Shown here piece by piece: positions 22,364 to 36,424 of a stretch of DNA of 64,000 nucleotides. Position 1 is the first letter of the stretch; every line of letters begins with the position of its first letter. The DNA is from Trichoplax adhaerens (Eukaryota > Animalia > Placozoa), in assembly GCF_000150275.1 (NCBI RefSeq), contig NW_002060947.1, positions 5,495,229 to 5,559,228 on the forward strand. The letters are read 5' to 3'. The translations under genes and the position numbers were made by a program. Under the pieces are notes generated by a model. It had not been told where the DNA came from, ran no database searches, and was given only the letters and a program-made list of their open reading frames with translations.

Positions 22364-24921
22364 ATGGAAGATCCTAATCTATTCCAATATACGCGTCCGG
22401 AAAGTAATCATCGTCATGATAGCGAGAGTAAGAAGAAAATAATTGGCCATGATGGCATCATGGAAAGATCTCATGTTTTTCAGCCTATAAATAAACAACA
22501 AGTTGCCGCAGCATCATGCTCTTTTGCAGCAATTGAAATTGGTTACGCTGCTCAATCGATATATGAGGTGCCAATATTATCCTCTTCAGGACTACCACGA
22601 AAATATGTTCCGTTTTTATGGTGTGCAATGCCTATCTTAGCTCTAATTATTCAACCCTATCTTGCTATTAAATCCGATCGCTGTTATTGCAGTTGGGGTA
22701 GAAGACGGCCATTCATGCTTGCCTTTATGATTGGCATGCTTATTGGCTTGATATTGTTAGGTTACGGTAAAACTTTGGGATTCCTAATAGATCATCAATC
22801 ACAACAGAGTACTACCGCGATTGCATTTACTATCATGGGAATTTGGTTTATGGATTATTTCGCTGATGCTTTGCAAGTACCAAGTAAGGCATTAATTTTA
22901 GATTACTCTAAAGATCATGCACAAACAGCAAACAACATAGCTACTGCTGTCTCATGTTTAGGCACGATTGTTGGCTATGGAATATGCAGGTAAGATTATC
23001 AATACTACAGTGGTAGCAAAGAATCAATCCATAACCAAGTTAAAGTTCCTTCGTACTCCTGTGACTGATTACGTTAAGGAAAGACTGCGGTTGCTTTAGT
23101 GATAATTATTAATTGAGTTTAATTGAAATTTTTCAGCTTAAATTGGAAAAATACCTTTCTGACGAATTTATTTGCTACTGAAATAGAAGCTGTCTTTACA
23201 ATAGCTGCAACTGCAGCCTGTATTCTATTTATCATTGCGTTGCTTTGCTGTAAAGAGAAAGTATTATATAAACCTAACCGACCCAAGCTAATCCATCGAG
23301 AAGAAGATACAATGTTACGTCATAGCATAAAAATTGGCAGTAAGGCAATAAATGGGATGTTATTTGGATCAAAATCTGAAGCTATTAGCCGAAATTACAT
23401 CGTCATGATGGAAAAAGATAGGCATAAAAATATTCAATGGAAGAAAATGGTCTCCTGCTGCAATTTTTATTTTTATGGCATTATTAAGCTGCCACACGAA
23501 CTAGTAATTTTGTGTATTGTATCGAGTTTCGGCTGGATCGCTCATATTGGTTTTATATTCTTTTTCTCTGATTACATGGGCCAGTACGTGTTTAAAGGCA
23601 ACAGTAATAGTGCTTTTAATTCCTCAAGTTATATAGCGTATCGTGATGGTGTAAAAATTTCCAGTTTGGCACTAATTTGCTCTAACTTTATGGGTATAAT
23701 ATACATTTTTATATTGGAAAGATGGTTATTAAAGTGTATCGGTGAGTGATGCAATAATTTTATTATTGCTAACAAAGCGACTATTTTCATCTATTACAAG
23801 CGATAATGATAATATTTAAACATAATTTCCATTTAGTGCGTGGAATAAAAGTGTTGATTATATATCAAATAGATATGTGAATATCTGTAAAATTATTGGT
23901 TTAATTCGGAAAAGCTTCGATAATGTAGCTTTAATATTATATTTTTTGATTTAATTTTAAAGAAAATAGCTTTTGCTATAGTATGTTGTGCCATGAAGAA
24001 TTTTAAGAATATTCTGGTAGATAGTCTCGTATTTTGCTTATTAAGAAATAGTTGTAAACATGATGACTTCGACGAAAGTATCTCTTAAATACTTTACTAC
24101 TATTCTCGTATATAGTACCTCATTGCTATCTACTATAATCAATAATTCGTACAATATATATTTCTTTGCTTGATACTTTCTATTTCAAAATTAAAATCAA
24201 GCCTTCAATATCAAGTGAAGTTGTTGAATTAGCCACAGCTAGCAAATGTTTGGAAAACAATTCCAATAGATAGTAATGACTACTTATCTTTCGTTAATCT
24301 ATATTTTACTTTTTCATTTCTACTTTTACTTTACGACAGGATCAAGAATGTCTATGATTCTTGGATTCACTATATCGTGTACTGCCATGGTCATTATATC
24401 TTCAGTTGATAGCATTGAAATAATATTTTGTAGTTGTTGTGCTATCGATATCGCTACAGTATCATTACACAGCATACCCTATGGCTTAATAGGGAAATAT
24501 CATCATTATTACAAGGTAAGGGCTAATAGATCAATAAATGCTTTTACTAAAATAGTCTAGAAAACGGGCAATTTACGCGATAGTTATTGCTTTTAGACTT
24601 ACTGGTGATGTCATGACAACTTTTAACCTAGCTTAGATCTAATATTTTGTGGTTCTTCATGGGTTCATAATATAACTTGACTATTAGGAAGATCCAAGAT
24701 GGAAGGCTCGTGGATATGGAACAGATTCATCCGTTTTAAATAATTGCATGTACCTTGGCACATTATTAATTTCAGTAACCTTTGGTTTTATTATTGAAAA
24801 TTCAGATTCAATGCAAAGTGTTATTTTTGCCGCAGGTTTGAGTAATTTTATTGCAGCTGTCATATCTATTTTTATTATTGATCCTGAAACTATTTCCTCG
24901 ACTCGGAATATAACGATATAG
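22364..24921 (+). CDS. SLC45A: SLC45-family (MATP/sucrose-H+ symporter-like) MFS transporter, paralog A
   Basis: Exons 22364-22989, 23137-23741, 24340-24515, 24688-24921 (phase-consistent GT-AG). Motifs IQPYL...SDRC...WGRRRPF, MDY.AD..QVP.KA..LD, FFSDYMGQ.VF.G, SIPYGL, RGYGTD. Confidence 0.9.
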
Positions 24922-27900
24922 AATTCAATAATGTTATTGTATGCAGTCAAAATACGATTCTTATATTAATACGTGTAGAGAAATCGTTCTATTAATATCT
25001 AAAAACATTTATGAATATCTTAATTCTTGAATATTTAGAATATTCTCTTCATTAATTTTTTGGGATATTCTATTTGGTTGTAAATATCAACTAGTATCAA
25101 ACTTTTGCTCGTGTTATAAACAATGATGCTTCTCTATTTTGTTAAAGATACGGTATAGATATCGAATATATTATCCAATATTATTAACGATTGATTATAT
25201 CAATAAAATAAGATAAAAGAATGGGCATGAAACGTAGGATTGCATCAGTTTTTAGTACGGCATGTAATCATTATAAATATCTGTAATAATGATTTATCAA
25301 TAGTAGAAAGTTGGTTCAATATTGCAATGATCATTACAGGGTTGTCATTTTTAAATTCAAATTTTAACTTGCATTAAGCAATACTCTTATAATATTAATA
25401 TTAGTGGTAAATTTTCAGTCTGATTGACTTGATTCAAAATAGATCTGTCAACATGGTCTTGTATTATTGAAACATCCATTTAACTATTATGACAGTCTCT
25501 ATTCAATTACGACAGAGCTTGCGTTGAGTCAATATGATTAACTGTCTATTTGACTGTCAGTGGACATCATGGTTTTTATTGGAGTATCAATAATAACCTG
25601 GTTTTATACCTTTCTTGATATCCATTCTACTTAAATAACCGTTTGTTCATTTGGTACAGCGATGAATAACCAATAGTGCAATAAATCTAGGTAGCTGACC
25701 TATGCTATACTGGTGTATACGTAAGCACATTAATAGTATAAGAACTACAGTATTGAACTTGAATCGATTTTTTGAGTTTAAGTCATTTTAGCAACCGGTA
25801 TATTAGCAAATCTCAAGAGTAGCCTACGCGATTACGAATTATAATTATTATTCAATAAGTGTGGTCAAACGGGGGAAAAAGCAATCTCAGATTGCAGTGT
25901 ATGAGTTGATATTCAAGTAATACAGAAATTTGCTCAAAATTAGTAGTAATAAAATTGTAATCTATACATGTTTTGCAGGGCTTTACATTTGTGACGTGGC
26001 TATAGACAGTGTACGTATCAGGTATTAATCCTTATTTTTTTCGCAGAATCAAAGTGCTACTCTCTGATACATATTAGATCTGATTATATCATTATAATAT
26101 CTCCACTACACAAGTAGATTACCTTTCTGGAGTATAGCAAATAATTCATTGATTAGCTCACCATATGATGATTAAAATAAATAATCGGCCTATTACATAC
26201 ATATATATATATGTTATATATATATATATATTATCATCATATCATATTAATGCCATTGTACGTGTGTCGCTCTGTTAAAGAGGATTCTGACTCTATATTG
26301 ACTTAAAAGTGGACTATATTCCATGAAGTTTCTACGAATTTCGCTAGTTAATTATTATTATTCCAAAAAAATATTATCAATGCTACCAGGCTGAATGGTG
26401 ATTACTTGCAGTCCGTCAGCTCAAAGTGGAAGAGTCGGTTTTAATATCTTGATTTAACCGCTTCTCATTACGTCTTATCCGCATCTACTACAGCACACAA
26501 AATCCGCCAGCTGCTTCTTGTATCAACAATTCAACATACAATATAAGTATTAAAGCCTATACTACAGTCTAACGGATTAATTGATTATTCCCTATAGTAT
26601 TTTATCCACGAGTATACCTGGATAAAGATAGAACAGTTCAAATTACTGTAATCCTATAAAACATCTTTGCACTATAAATAAAAATTTTGCAGTTAATAAC
26701 CATAAAGTGAAGAATCGTCAAAGCTTGGAAGTAGCTTGGTAAATACCTCATTTGTCATCATCACCTATCGCCTATTATTTTGCCGCAATGAGTCACCGCT
26801 GTATCACGAGGACATTATCCTTAAAGCCAATCAACAACCTAGCCAGGAACGTGAAGGAATCAAGCTGTCTTTAAAACAGTCCACAATAAAATAACCCCTG
26901 TAGACCCTAATCTTTGATACTGCTAGGCTTAAAGTGTCTGTACAGTACTACTCCTTCCTTTGCTCATTGCCGTACTTGGCATGGTTGACAAATTTGAGAA
27001 CAAGCATCATTACAATGTTTTTTTTTTAAAGATCAGGTACTGATTATATGGTAAATCGTCATAAATAATGAATTAATTAATTAGTTCATTAACAACATCC
27101 ATGCTGAAGAACATATCCTGCAAGTATATTGTACAGCATACAGGAAAAGGAATCGTATTGTCATCGGTTCGTTGTGCAATGCACTAAGCGACAATTGATT
27201 GCTTAAGTAAACATTATAAATTAAATTTCATAGGCTACACAGGATAGTAATTTCTATCTGGTCTCTGGCTTACATCGTTATTGTTAGCTTCTGATGGAAT
27301 GGAATGAAATTCTCTTCAGGTAAAACAAGGATTAGTAAAATATTGCAAATGCGACCAGCAACAATTAGCGATAATGTTGTTAACTGAATGTCTAAGGTGC
27401 CATCTTGCTTATTGCACCGACATTCCCCTTAGGCATGGTCGATGATAGCCCATGTGATTAAGTGATATTATTCAAGTTCTTTATAGATTAGAGTTAGCGA
27501 GTATTTATTGCAGGTACTAGTTTTGATCTTGAAATATAGAATTACGTGCCAATAGACTTAGGAAAGTTTACTTTGAGTCAATTTGTTATCGTACTCTTAT
27601 CACTACTATTACTTTTTTATCTTTGCAATGAGAAGATCCCGTGGATTTCTTTCCTTAAGCAGACGTTAGTGCATTGCAGCGATAATGTAACATAGGCGAG
27701 TATACGTGTATATGTATATCACATATCGATAATTAGAGCGCAGACTACAGAATAAGGATGTTAATAGACGGTTTGAGGAACTTTCAGATCACAACACGTA
27801 GTCTATTAGTCAAAATAAACAACTATTGCTGTAGCTACTGACGGTAATATTGACGAAAGGAAGTAATTTCAACATAATATACAGTAATGGTTGTAAAATT

Positions 27901-28278
27901 ATTGGCCATGATGATTAGTAAATAAATCTTGAATATCTCACTACTTGTACTACAAATAGCGTAAGCAAATTTAAAACTACTAAGTTTACCGGTGTGGTAA
28001 ATATTATGTAATGCACATGCCAATATTCTATTGATATCGCTTATTCATTCATCCTAGGGGAAGCAAGCCTACTTTTGCCAGCAATAATCTTATTATATTA
28101 CACTTTGAATAGATAATTTTATGGCTATGTATAATTTTATTTATTTATCCTATTTTACGATTGTACATCTTATCGTACCAGTGAAGTTGTCACTATGGCT
28201 ATCATTAATTGAAAACTATGACTTATATAACGTTCATTTTTTCAACGTTTCTAATAACTGTCGGTAGGATTATAAATA

Positions 28279-30314
28279 ATGTCTGACGAAAAAGATGTCT
28301 ATGATGAAAAGAGTGAGCAGCAAATCGTAGATGAAAGCAATGAAATTAAAACACTACCAGAACGAAGACCTATCAGCATCATACGGTTAATTTGCATGTC
28401 GTGTTCGTTGGCTGCACTGGAAGTCTGTTACGCAGCTCAAGCTGTTAACGAAGTACCTATTTTATTAGCTACTGGCCTTCCACAAAAGTATATTCCTTAC
28501 TTGTGGAGCCTAACACCAATTTTAGCTTTGATCATTCAGCCATATCTTGCCAGCGTATCCGATCACTGTACATGTAGCTGGGGTAGAAGGCGACCGTTCA
28601 TACTAGCATTTGCTATTGGTATTTTCATTGGGATATTTTTCTTAGGCTTTGGAACAGCAATCGGCCATCTGATTGATCCATTTAATAATACTGTAATTAT
28701 AATACTGGTCATCACTGGGGTTTGGTTTATGGACTACTTCACTGATGCTCTACAAGTGCCTGGCAAAGCGATATTATTGGATAGCTCTATTGGTTATGCA
28801 CAGACTGCAAATAACATATCTACAATAGTTGCATCATTTGGAATGATATTAGGATATGGTATCTGCAGGTACAGTAATCCAAAACCAAGATATAATGTAG
28901 CTATATCTTAACTGTATTTCTACAAAGTCGTGATTGCCAATAATATAATATACTGTATAATTTCAGCCTTAACTAATTTTTTTCTAATAATATGGGTAGC
29001 ATCCATTGGAATAGCACCTTCTTTGGAGACCTGTTTGCTAACGAAGGACAAGCCGTGTTTACCGTTGCGGCTTTCACCTCCGGTATCCTTTTCCTAATCT
29101 CATTCATATTTGGAAAGGAAAAGCCTTATACTAAACCAGTCAGTTCTGCAAACTTTCAAAATGATGAATCTCATAATTCTGATAATAATGAAGCTCCACC
29201 AAAAGAAAATCAAAATTATGGCACTATTCGTGAAGTTGATTCTACAGTTATAGACCAACAGAATGAAGATGCTGGCCAAAACAAGTTAAAATTATGTTGT
29301 TATGGCTATATTTATTCTATTGTCAAAATGCCTAAAGAACTTGTTATCCTCTGTGCTCTATCAATTTTCGGCTGGATAGCTCATGTAAGTTTTTTATTCT
29401 TTTATTCTGATTTCATTGGCCAAGTTATACTCAACGGAAGTAACAACGCTCCGATAAACTCTTCTGACTACATGAACTATCTTGATGGGGTCAAAATTTC
29501 AAGTTTGGCATTTATTGGAGCAACCGTCATCGATATAATTTACACTTACCTTCTTGAATACTGGCTATTAGATCGGATTGGTATCTTAAAAAATTTTATA
29601 ATATATATATATATATACTCTTATACCTATGTGAAATATCGCATTGGGTTTCTATCTGATTGAAATCGATAACTAATTGTAGTGCAGCAATTGATGAATA
29701 TTGTTGATTAATAAGAAATGTTGCTAGTTGTGCTTTATTTCTTTATTCGATTCCTCATATTTATCTTGCTGTCTACTCTATCCAATTAGGATCCAGGTTG
29801 GGCATGATATTTGGCTTGTGTATCTCAGGTACAGCAATGATACTTTTAGCCTTTACTACCGAACTTAGTCTGGCAATTGCATGTTGCTGTGCTACAGAAC
29901 TTGCTACAGTGACAATCTATAGCATACCTTATGGACTGGTGGGAAAATATCACTATTACTACTCGGTAATAACAAATACGCAGTATACACCTATGATAGA
30001 TATTTCATTCATGGCAAGATATTAAAATATTGCCATCTTATATCTAGAATGATCCAAGATGGAATACTAGAGGTTGTGGAACCGATTCAGCAATATTGAA
30101 TAACTGCCTGTACTTAGGGACTTTTATCATTTCTATTACCTTCGGGCCTATTATACAAAGTACAAATTCTATTAGTGTCGTATTTATTACTGCTGGCACT
30201 TGTAACTTGATTGCTGCAGTAATTTCAGTATTCGTAGTTGATCCAGAAAATACATCACTGCTGATCGATATATCCTACGAAACTGTCAAGACTAAGGATG
30301 TTATTATTGATTAA
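28279..30314 (+). CDS. SLC45A: SLC45-family MFS sugar/H+ symporter, paralog B
   Basis: Exons 28279-28868, 29000-29580, 29790-29965, 30048-30314, with the same intron positions and motifs as paralog A (WGRRRPF, FYSDFIGQ, SIPYGL, RGCGTD). Confidence 0.9.
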
Positions 30315-31014
30315 TCAATACAACAGTCATGGCATGATCTTATAGAAAAGATGTTGCATGTTACGATTAAAATAGTTTCCATACTTTTCTAATGACGAAG
30401 AGATTCCAGAATTTTAAGAATATCAGTACCCTTTCCTCCAAATTTATTTATACCAATAGTGTTGGTAATACTTTATATTTACATTTCGCTTAATTTATAA
30501 TGCAAATACATTTCAAAGCTTTCTCCTCTTTCCATGTATGTGTATAGGATGTAAATAAAAGCATTAATAACATAAATCCGCTAATAGTCATACTACCTCA
30601 AGCCATTTGATATACCGTATTTCTGCCAAATTAATTAATTATTCGAACAGAGTTGAATATCAATAGAGCAGCCCGATTGAGTAGCGGATGTAAATTGGAA
30701 ATAAAAAAGACTGCTTTCATTTTGAATCGTCTATCTTGCTTCCATTGCTTTCACCAATCAGCTGATGAGAAACGAGAATATCATCTTATCTATATAAGTT
30801 ATAGGTAATCGGTATTAATTCACATGAATACGATATTCCAGCATTTGTTACTTTTAATTAGCATTGCAACTATCATTAATACTACTGATAACAGGTAGTA
30901 CAGAAGCAGATAAAGATAGGGATATCTCAATGACGATATCATAACTACAAATAACAAATGAATCTCCATAGATATCTATCTCTAGTATGGTGAAATCAAG
31001 AGTTCCATCACCTA

Positions 31015-31344
31015 CAGTGATGTGAATAAATATGGAAACACTTTACTCGTATATCAGCTGATATACGAGTAAAGTGTTTCCATATTAAAGAATCTTCACC
31101 AATATCTGATCATGAATGAATGGCGGAACCATACGGTGATGAGAAAAAATATGGAAACTCTTTACTCGTATATCAGCTGATATACGAGTAAAGTGTTTCC
31201 ATATTAAAGAATCTTCACCAATATCCGACCATGAATGAATGGCGGAACCTAAAGTGGATATCTTGAGTGCCGAAAATTTAACAGCTTTTACTATACAAAA
31301 TTCAAGAAAGTCATCAAATGTTTCCATATCGATTCTCATCACTA
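31015..31344. mobile_element. Tc1/mariner-like MITE (TA-flanked, ~26-bp imperfect TIRs) with an internal ~119-bp duplication and two 58-bp palindromes
   Basis: Left end TA|CAGTGATGTGAATAAATATGGAAACA; right end TGTTTCCATATCGATTCTCATCACTA|TA. Perfect palindrome at 31029-31086; second copy at 31148-31205 with 1 mismatch. Confidence 0.65.
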
Positions 31345-31686
31345 TATACTCGTATGCATATTAACCTTAACTTAAGGTATATTGTGCCACGTCATTTTCG
31401 CTAGCCTTGCTTTGCTTTTTGCGTCCATTATCCTTCTACTAATTGCAGAACTGCTGTCGCCCTTGTACAGGTCTTCACTGACAAAGAGTTCTGGATTTGT
31501 TTCCCAAGTCCGTCTGTACCGTACAAGTACTACAAGGCGACCATTCAGTACGGTACGTTACCGTTCCGTTCCCGACTCCAGTTAAGCCATCGAAAAGGTA
31601 AACACGGTCGCAAGCTTTGGGTTGCATGGTTCAAGGAAGAATCTTACTGATCAAACGTTATTTGTTGCAGCTTGTTATGAGGCAAT

Positions 31687-34600
31687 ATGACAACTAACTT
31701 TAGTCTAGCTATCGTGTCTTGCTACTTTCTTGTTATTATATCATTGTCCTGTGCGGTAGGGAATGATCACAAGTTACCGTTGGTTATCAACACTTGGCCA
31801 TTCACTGTGGCAACGCGGGCAGGTTTGTTGGAAACAGCTCAAAATGAAATGATCTCATGCTGCATAGTAAAATAAATCAAATGATAACCATCCAACGATG
31901 GTGTCATTTTATTCCAACTATTGAGAATAGCAATCCTACTTAACACGGATGTGCTAGTTCTTATGTTGCATTTCTGGCTGTTTAGTATAACAGGAGATTA
32001 AACATGAACTGCATGGGTTGATTTAATTACTATTGTCGTTATCTTGAAAACAAATAATAAATATTGAATTGGAAAGTGGAGATAAGTACATTTCTATTGA
32101 ATGTTCTAATCAACATACGTACTGTGGAGTAGATCAATAATTCTGAATTATAGCTGTTTTCAACAAACTATAGAATAAATTAGTAGTGCAAAAGATGGAC
32201 GCAACATGTGCATTACCACATAAGACTTTATAGCATATTAATCATCTTGAATGGATTGCAAACACCTCATATGCATAACTAACTACATTAATTCTAACTC
32301 TTGTGTAGCTTGGAAGGTAATCAATTCTACTAGCGGTACCCCATTAGATGCGGTCGAGCAAGGCTGTACGGCTTGTGAAGTTGCACAGTGTGATGGAACT
32401 GTTGGATATGGTGGAAGGTAAGCTGGATACCTTTGCATGCTCTTCCGGTGTGACGACAACCTACCTTCTCTAATTTAACTAATTCTTATATTGAATCAAT
32501 TTACCTGCCTGTCTTTCTTGTAAACTAACTCGTAAATCACGGAATATCTACCAGTTTAACTTTCAACCCTGCAATATCTATTACATTAATATTCGTATGC
32601 ATGTATCTGCTGCCTAATTATACTGTACAACGACATGACACAGTTCTTTGTCAATGGAATAGAAAAAAGTTTAAGAATACACATACATTGCAGGAAGATC
32701 CCAAGTGATACGATGTATATTCTAGCACGGTACTTTCCTCTTGAGGCTCTCATTACAGTATCAATACAACTTATTTTGTTTTACCGAACTGTAACTTCAT
32801 CTTTCCGCCTCCATTTACGGAAAGTATAAGACTTAAAATTCTGTCGTAAGACGACTAGCATTCCCTACGTTAGCTAATATTATGAGGTAATTGTCGAAGA
32901 TACACATACAACTGTGACATCTCTAATATCTTATTTATATTGATATAGCTCACTGGATATTCTATTTAACTTAATCACTTTCAGTTATTCTAAATGTTGT
33001 ATCTTATTTATCGAAATAGTCCTGATGAAAGTGGAGAGACAACGTTGGATGCCATGATCATGGATGGGTAAGTTTCGATACAGTATTTATGCAATGCATG
33101 AGGCTGTTAAATCTATTCTTTTTGTACTCGTTGTCTCTTTCTGTAATTATATCCCATACTAGCAACTCTTGGAAGACTGTAATAGAAATAAAAGTTTTGG
33201 TGATATTTTAACTTGTAATATTAGAACATCTCACGATGTTGGCTCTGTTGGCTGCTTAAAAAGGATCAAATCCGCTATTTCTGTAGCTAGAAAAGTTATG
33301 GAATTGACCAATCATACTTTACTGGTTGGTGATGAAGGTATATTTCTAATATTTTAGGAACTTTGCTCAATCTTAATTGCTAATCAGTGATTACTGCACT
33401 ACGTCGCCAAGAAATTGTAATCTATTTTTGTCAACATTATCACAAGCCACTAGATTTGCAATTAGTACAGGATTCAAGCAAGAAAATTTACATACGAATA
33501 AATCAGTGTAGGTTGAATTAATTATTGATCAATCAATAATTATAATAGATTCACTGCTATACGCGCTTCACAGGCACTGTTTAACTTTTGGTGTGTTTAA
33601 ATTGTTTTTCCTATATTAATAGCGGTATTTACAAATCGTGGTTGGAAAATAACTGCCAACCCAATTTTTGGAAGGTATACTTCTAACGTATCCAATATAG
33701 TAGTTCACAATAGCCCTTTTTCTCTGGTCTCAATATTGAAACAGACTTGTGGCGACTATTATATTATTAAATAAAAAGTGAGAGCATAAGTTCACTTTTG
33801 TAGGGAGTTACTCCCAATCCGAGAAGTAGCTGTGGACCATATAGACCTGCTGATACGTAATTTTTGAAACGATACTTGATAAAAAGCCTATTTTGTGTAG
33901 ATCTAACTTCAAATACGACTTTTAACTTAGCAGTACATTCTTAATTTTAAATTTTACTAGATGTCAATCTCTTGACTGTAAACAAGATACAAACCACGAC
34001 GTTAGCAGTGATAATCATGACACCATAGGTAAAATTACACATGAAGTAGCAAATTATCCAATTTTATTAACTGTAAATGATGTCATTTCACCCTAGGAAT
34101 GATTGTCGTAGATAAAAATACTATCGCCGGTGGAACATCCACCAATGGTGCAAATCATAAGATATCTGGGTAATGAATAAATTACTTTGATTTAATGAGA
34201 TACAGAGTGGACTGCAATTCAAAGTAATAACTTTTTGAATGCAATAATGATTGGGAAATTTTTAAATCATGACGGATACTACCTTACTGCTATATCATAA
34301 AATTTTAAATAAACTACTTTGATATTTTCAATAAACTTAGCCGTGTAGGCGATTCTCCCATTGCTGGTGCTGGCCTTTACGTAGATAAAGATATAGGTGG
34401 CTCTGCAGCAACCGGAGACGGCGATGTCATGATGAGATTTTTACCAAGGTAATCATGATCATATCTAAACATTATCTAATCTGAGTTTTGCCTAAATTCT
34501 TTCATTGATATTATCATTCAGTTACCAAGTAGTCGAAAGCATGCGACTTGGTATGTCTCCTAAGAAAGCAACTACGGAAGCCATCATGAGGATCAAAAAA

Positions 34601-34922
34601 TATTATCCCCATTTTAATGGAGCTTTAATTGCTGTTAACATGGCCGGCGAAGTCGGTATATATATACATTGCAATAGTTTTAAAAATCATTGTAACGTAA
34701 ACTAATTTGTATTACCTGTAAACAGAAAAATTTGAATTGGCTTTACGAGCTACTGTTAAACTGTTGATGTGTGACTTTTATATTGACTAATAGCAGGTTT
34801 CGCCTTTATGCATTTTCATAAATATAGGAGCAGCCTGTCATGGATTTAAAGGAAAATTTCCTTATTCTGTCGCACATTCGGGAATGAATGATGTCAAAGT
34901 CTATGTCACGAATTGTGTTTAA
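31687..34922 (+). CDS. AGA: N4-(beta-N-acetylglucosaminyl)-L-asparaginase (aspartylglucosaminidase)
   Basis: 12 phase-consistent exons: 31687-31822, 32309-32417, 33020-33067, 33225-33337, 33447-33507, 33623-33674, 33804-33856, 33961-34028, 34097-34169, 34341-34448, 34522-34655, 34828-34922. Signal peptide, [41 protein letters not shown], autocatalytic [23 protein letters not shown]. Confidence 0.96.
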
Positions 34923-36424
34923 TCCAAATAATTACGTGTAAAATGTACTAGGTTCAAATATTTAAATTTATCGATTTTGTTCATGCAGTCGTTTATAGAG
35001 CATTTAAATGTACTTTCGTATACGATAATTCTCCCAGCCACGATCAAGTGTCCTACTTTAAGATCGAAATATTTAATGATAGTCCTTATACTGCACTGTA
35101 GATAAACGAATACGGCTTATTTTTCTTCGAATGTAAACATTGATACTTTAAATTTGTAGCTAATCTCGAAACGTAATACTATTCTAACAATGTTTATGTA
35201 ATGATAATATAAAAGTGTTTATATTGATATAAAATATTTATAATTATTATGCCTTACAACTGGCATTAATACTACTTGCGATAGGTATTACAGAAGCAGG
35301 TAGCCCAGCCTAGTCTAGCTTTGGCCCTAGCAGGGTTCAACCATAGAGGTTCTTCTTACCGGTACTGCATCTCTATGATATTAACATAGCACAACAGCTA
35401 CATTATACCATATCATATTTTGCTGGCATTGCTTTCTGCACACTGTACTTCTGTGCAGAACTACGTACTTTACTGTACACTGTACATTACAGTATACCAT
35501 CAGAGACTACTCCATCAAAAAAATGCTCACCCTGACCTAGAAAGAGAAGGAGGGTTATATCGCTTTACAGGGAAATAGCGAAGCCATTCATGGATTGTAA
35601 AGCGACGAAGAATTTATAATTTATTATAAGTTTGAATTAAAAAGGCATGAGAATTTATTTTTGCTAAAATTTTATTCTTACATAGTATTTTGAGCTTATG
35701 ATAGCAAATATTTTACGTTAGCTTGATAGATTGTTGTAAAATTTCATTTAAATAAATATTTTGGCGTTAATTACTACTTCCTTTTTAATACAGCATTCTA
35801 TACGGTGTTCCCTAATCATTCTAACTAGCATACTAGACTCTATATTTCTACACTACAAAGATTGTTTCTGTTTTATCTATTTCGACTTTTAACTGTTACA
35901 GGCATTTTGAAGAATAATATTGATTTACTCTCAGTATTAATTCTTAATCTACATTACTATTCGAAGCATCGAATGCTGCTGATTCGGATGTATAAGAATA
36001 AATTCAGTGCGTTCGTGAAGAAAGAAGATATTCCAAGATATTCTTTAAGAAGTTCAGTATAACACTGTAAGTCGACGACATCGAAATTAACCTTAAATAC
36101 ACAAAAGTCTTTCAACTGCCCTCGTCAAAGCTACTGTGCTGTACTGTAAAAGATACTGCAATTAATGTCTCACACTTCTCAACATCTCAATACTTGATTA
36201 CTCTGCTGATGTACGTGATATCCTCCGCTAATATACTTAACTTTAATTTAAACCTGGAACCAAATCTAACCTAATAGCTAGTACTTACTACCTCCAATTT
36301 ACCCCCAAATTGATCTTGAAGTAGTCCCTAATCATAAATTAAAAAAGTCGCAGAAAAAAACATGTTTTAAATTTAAACCGCACAATCTAGGTACTGCTGT
36401 ACTGAGAAGTAACAGTTTAGATAA

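Noticed and set aside
26400-26960. GC-richer patch with an IGDDD-like peptide on the minus strand (Mutator-like relic?)
   Set aside because: A single short motif with no termini or supporting frames
35337-35429. Spliced micro-peptide MPAKYDM|RCSTGKKNLYG (minus strand)
   Set aside because: It needs a 36-nt intron, much shorter than the smallest credible introns here (~62 nt)
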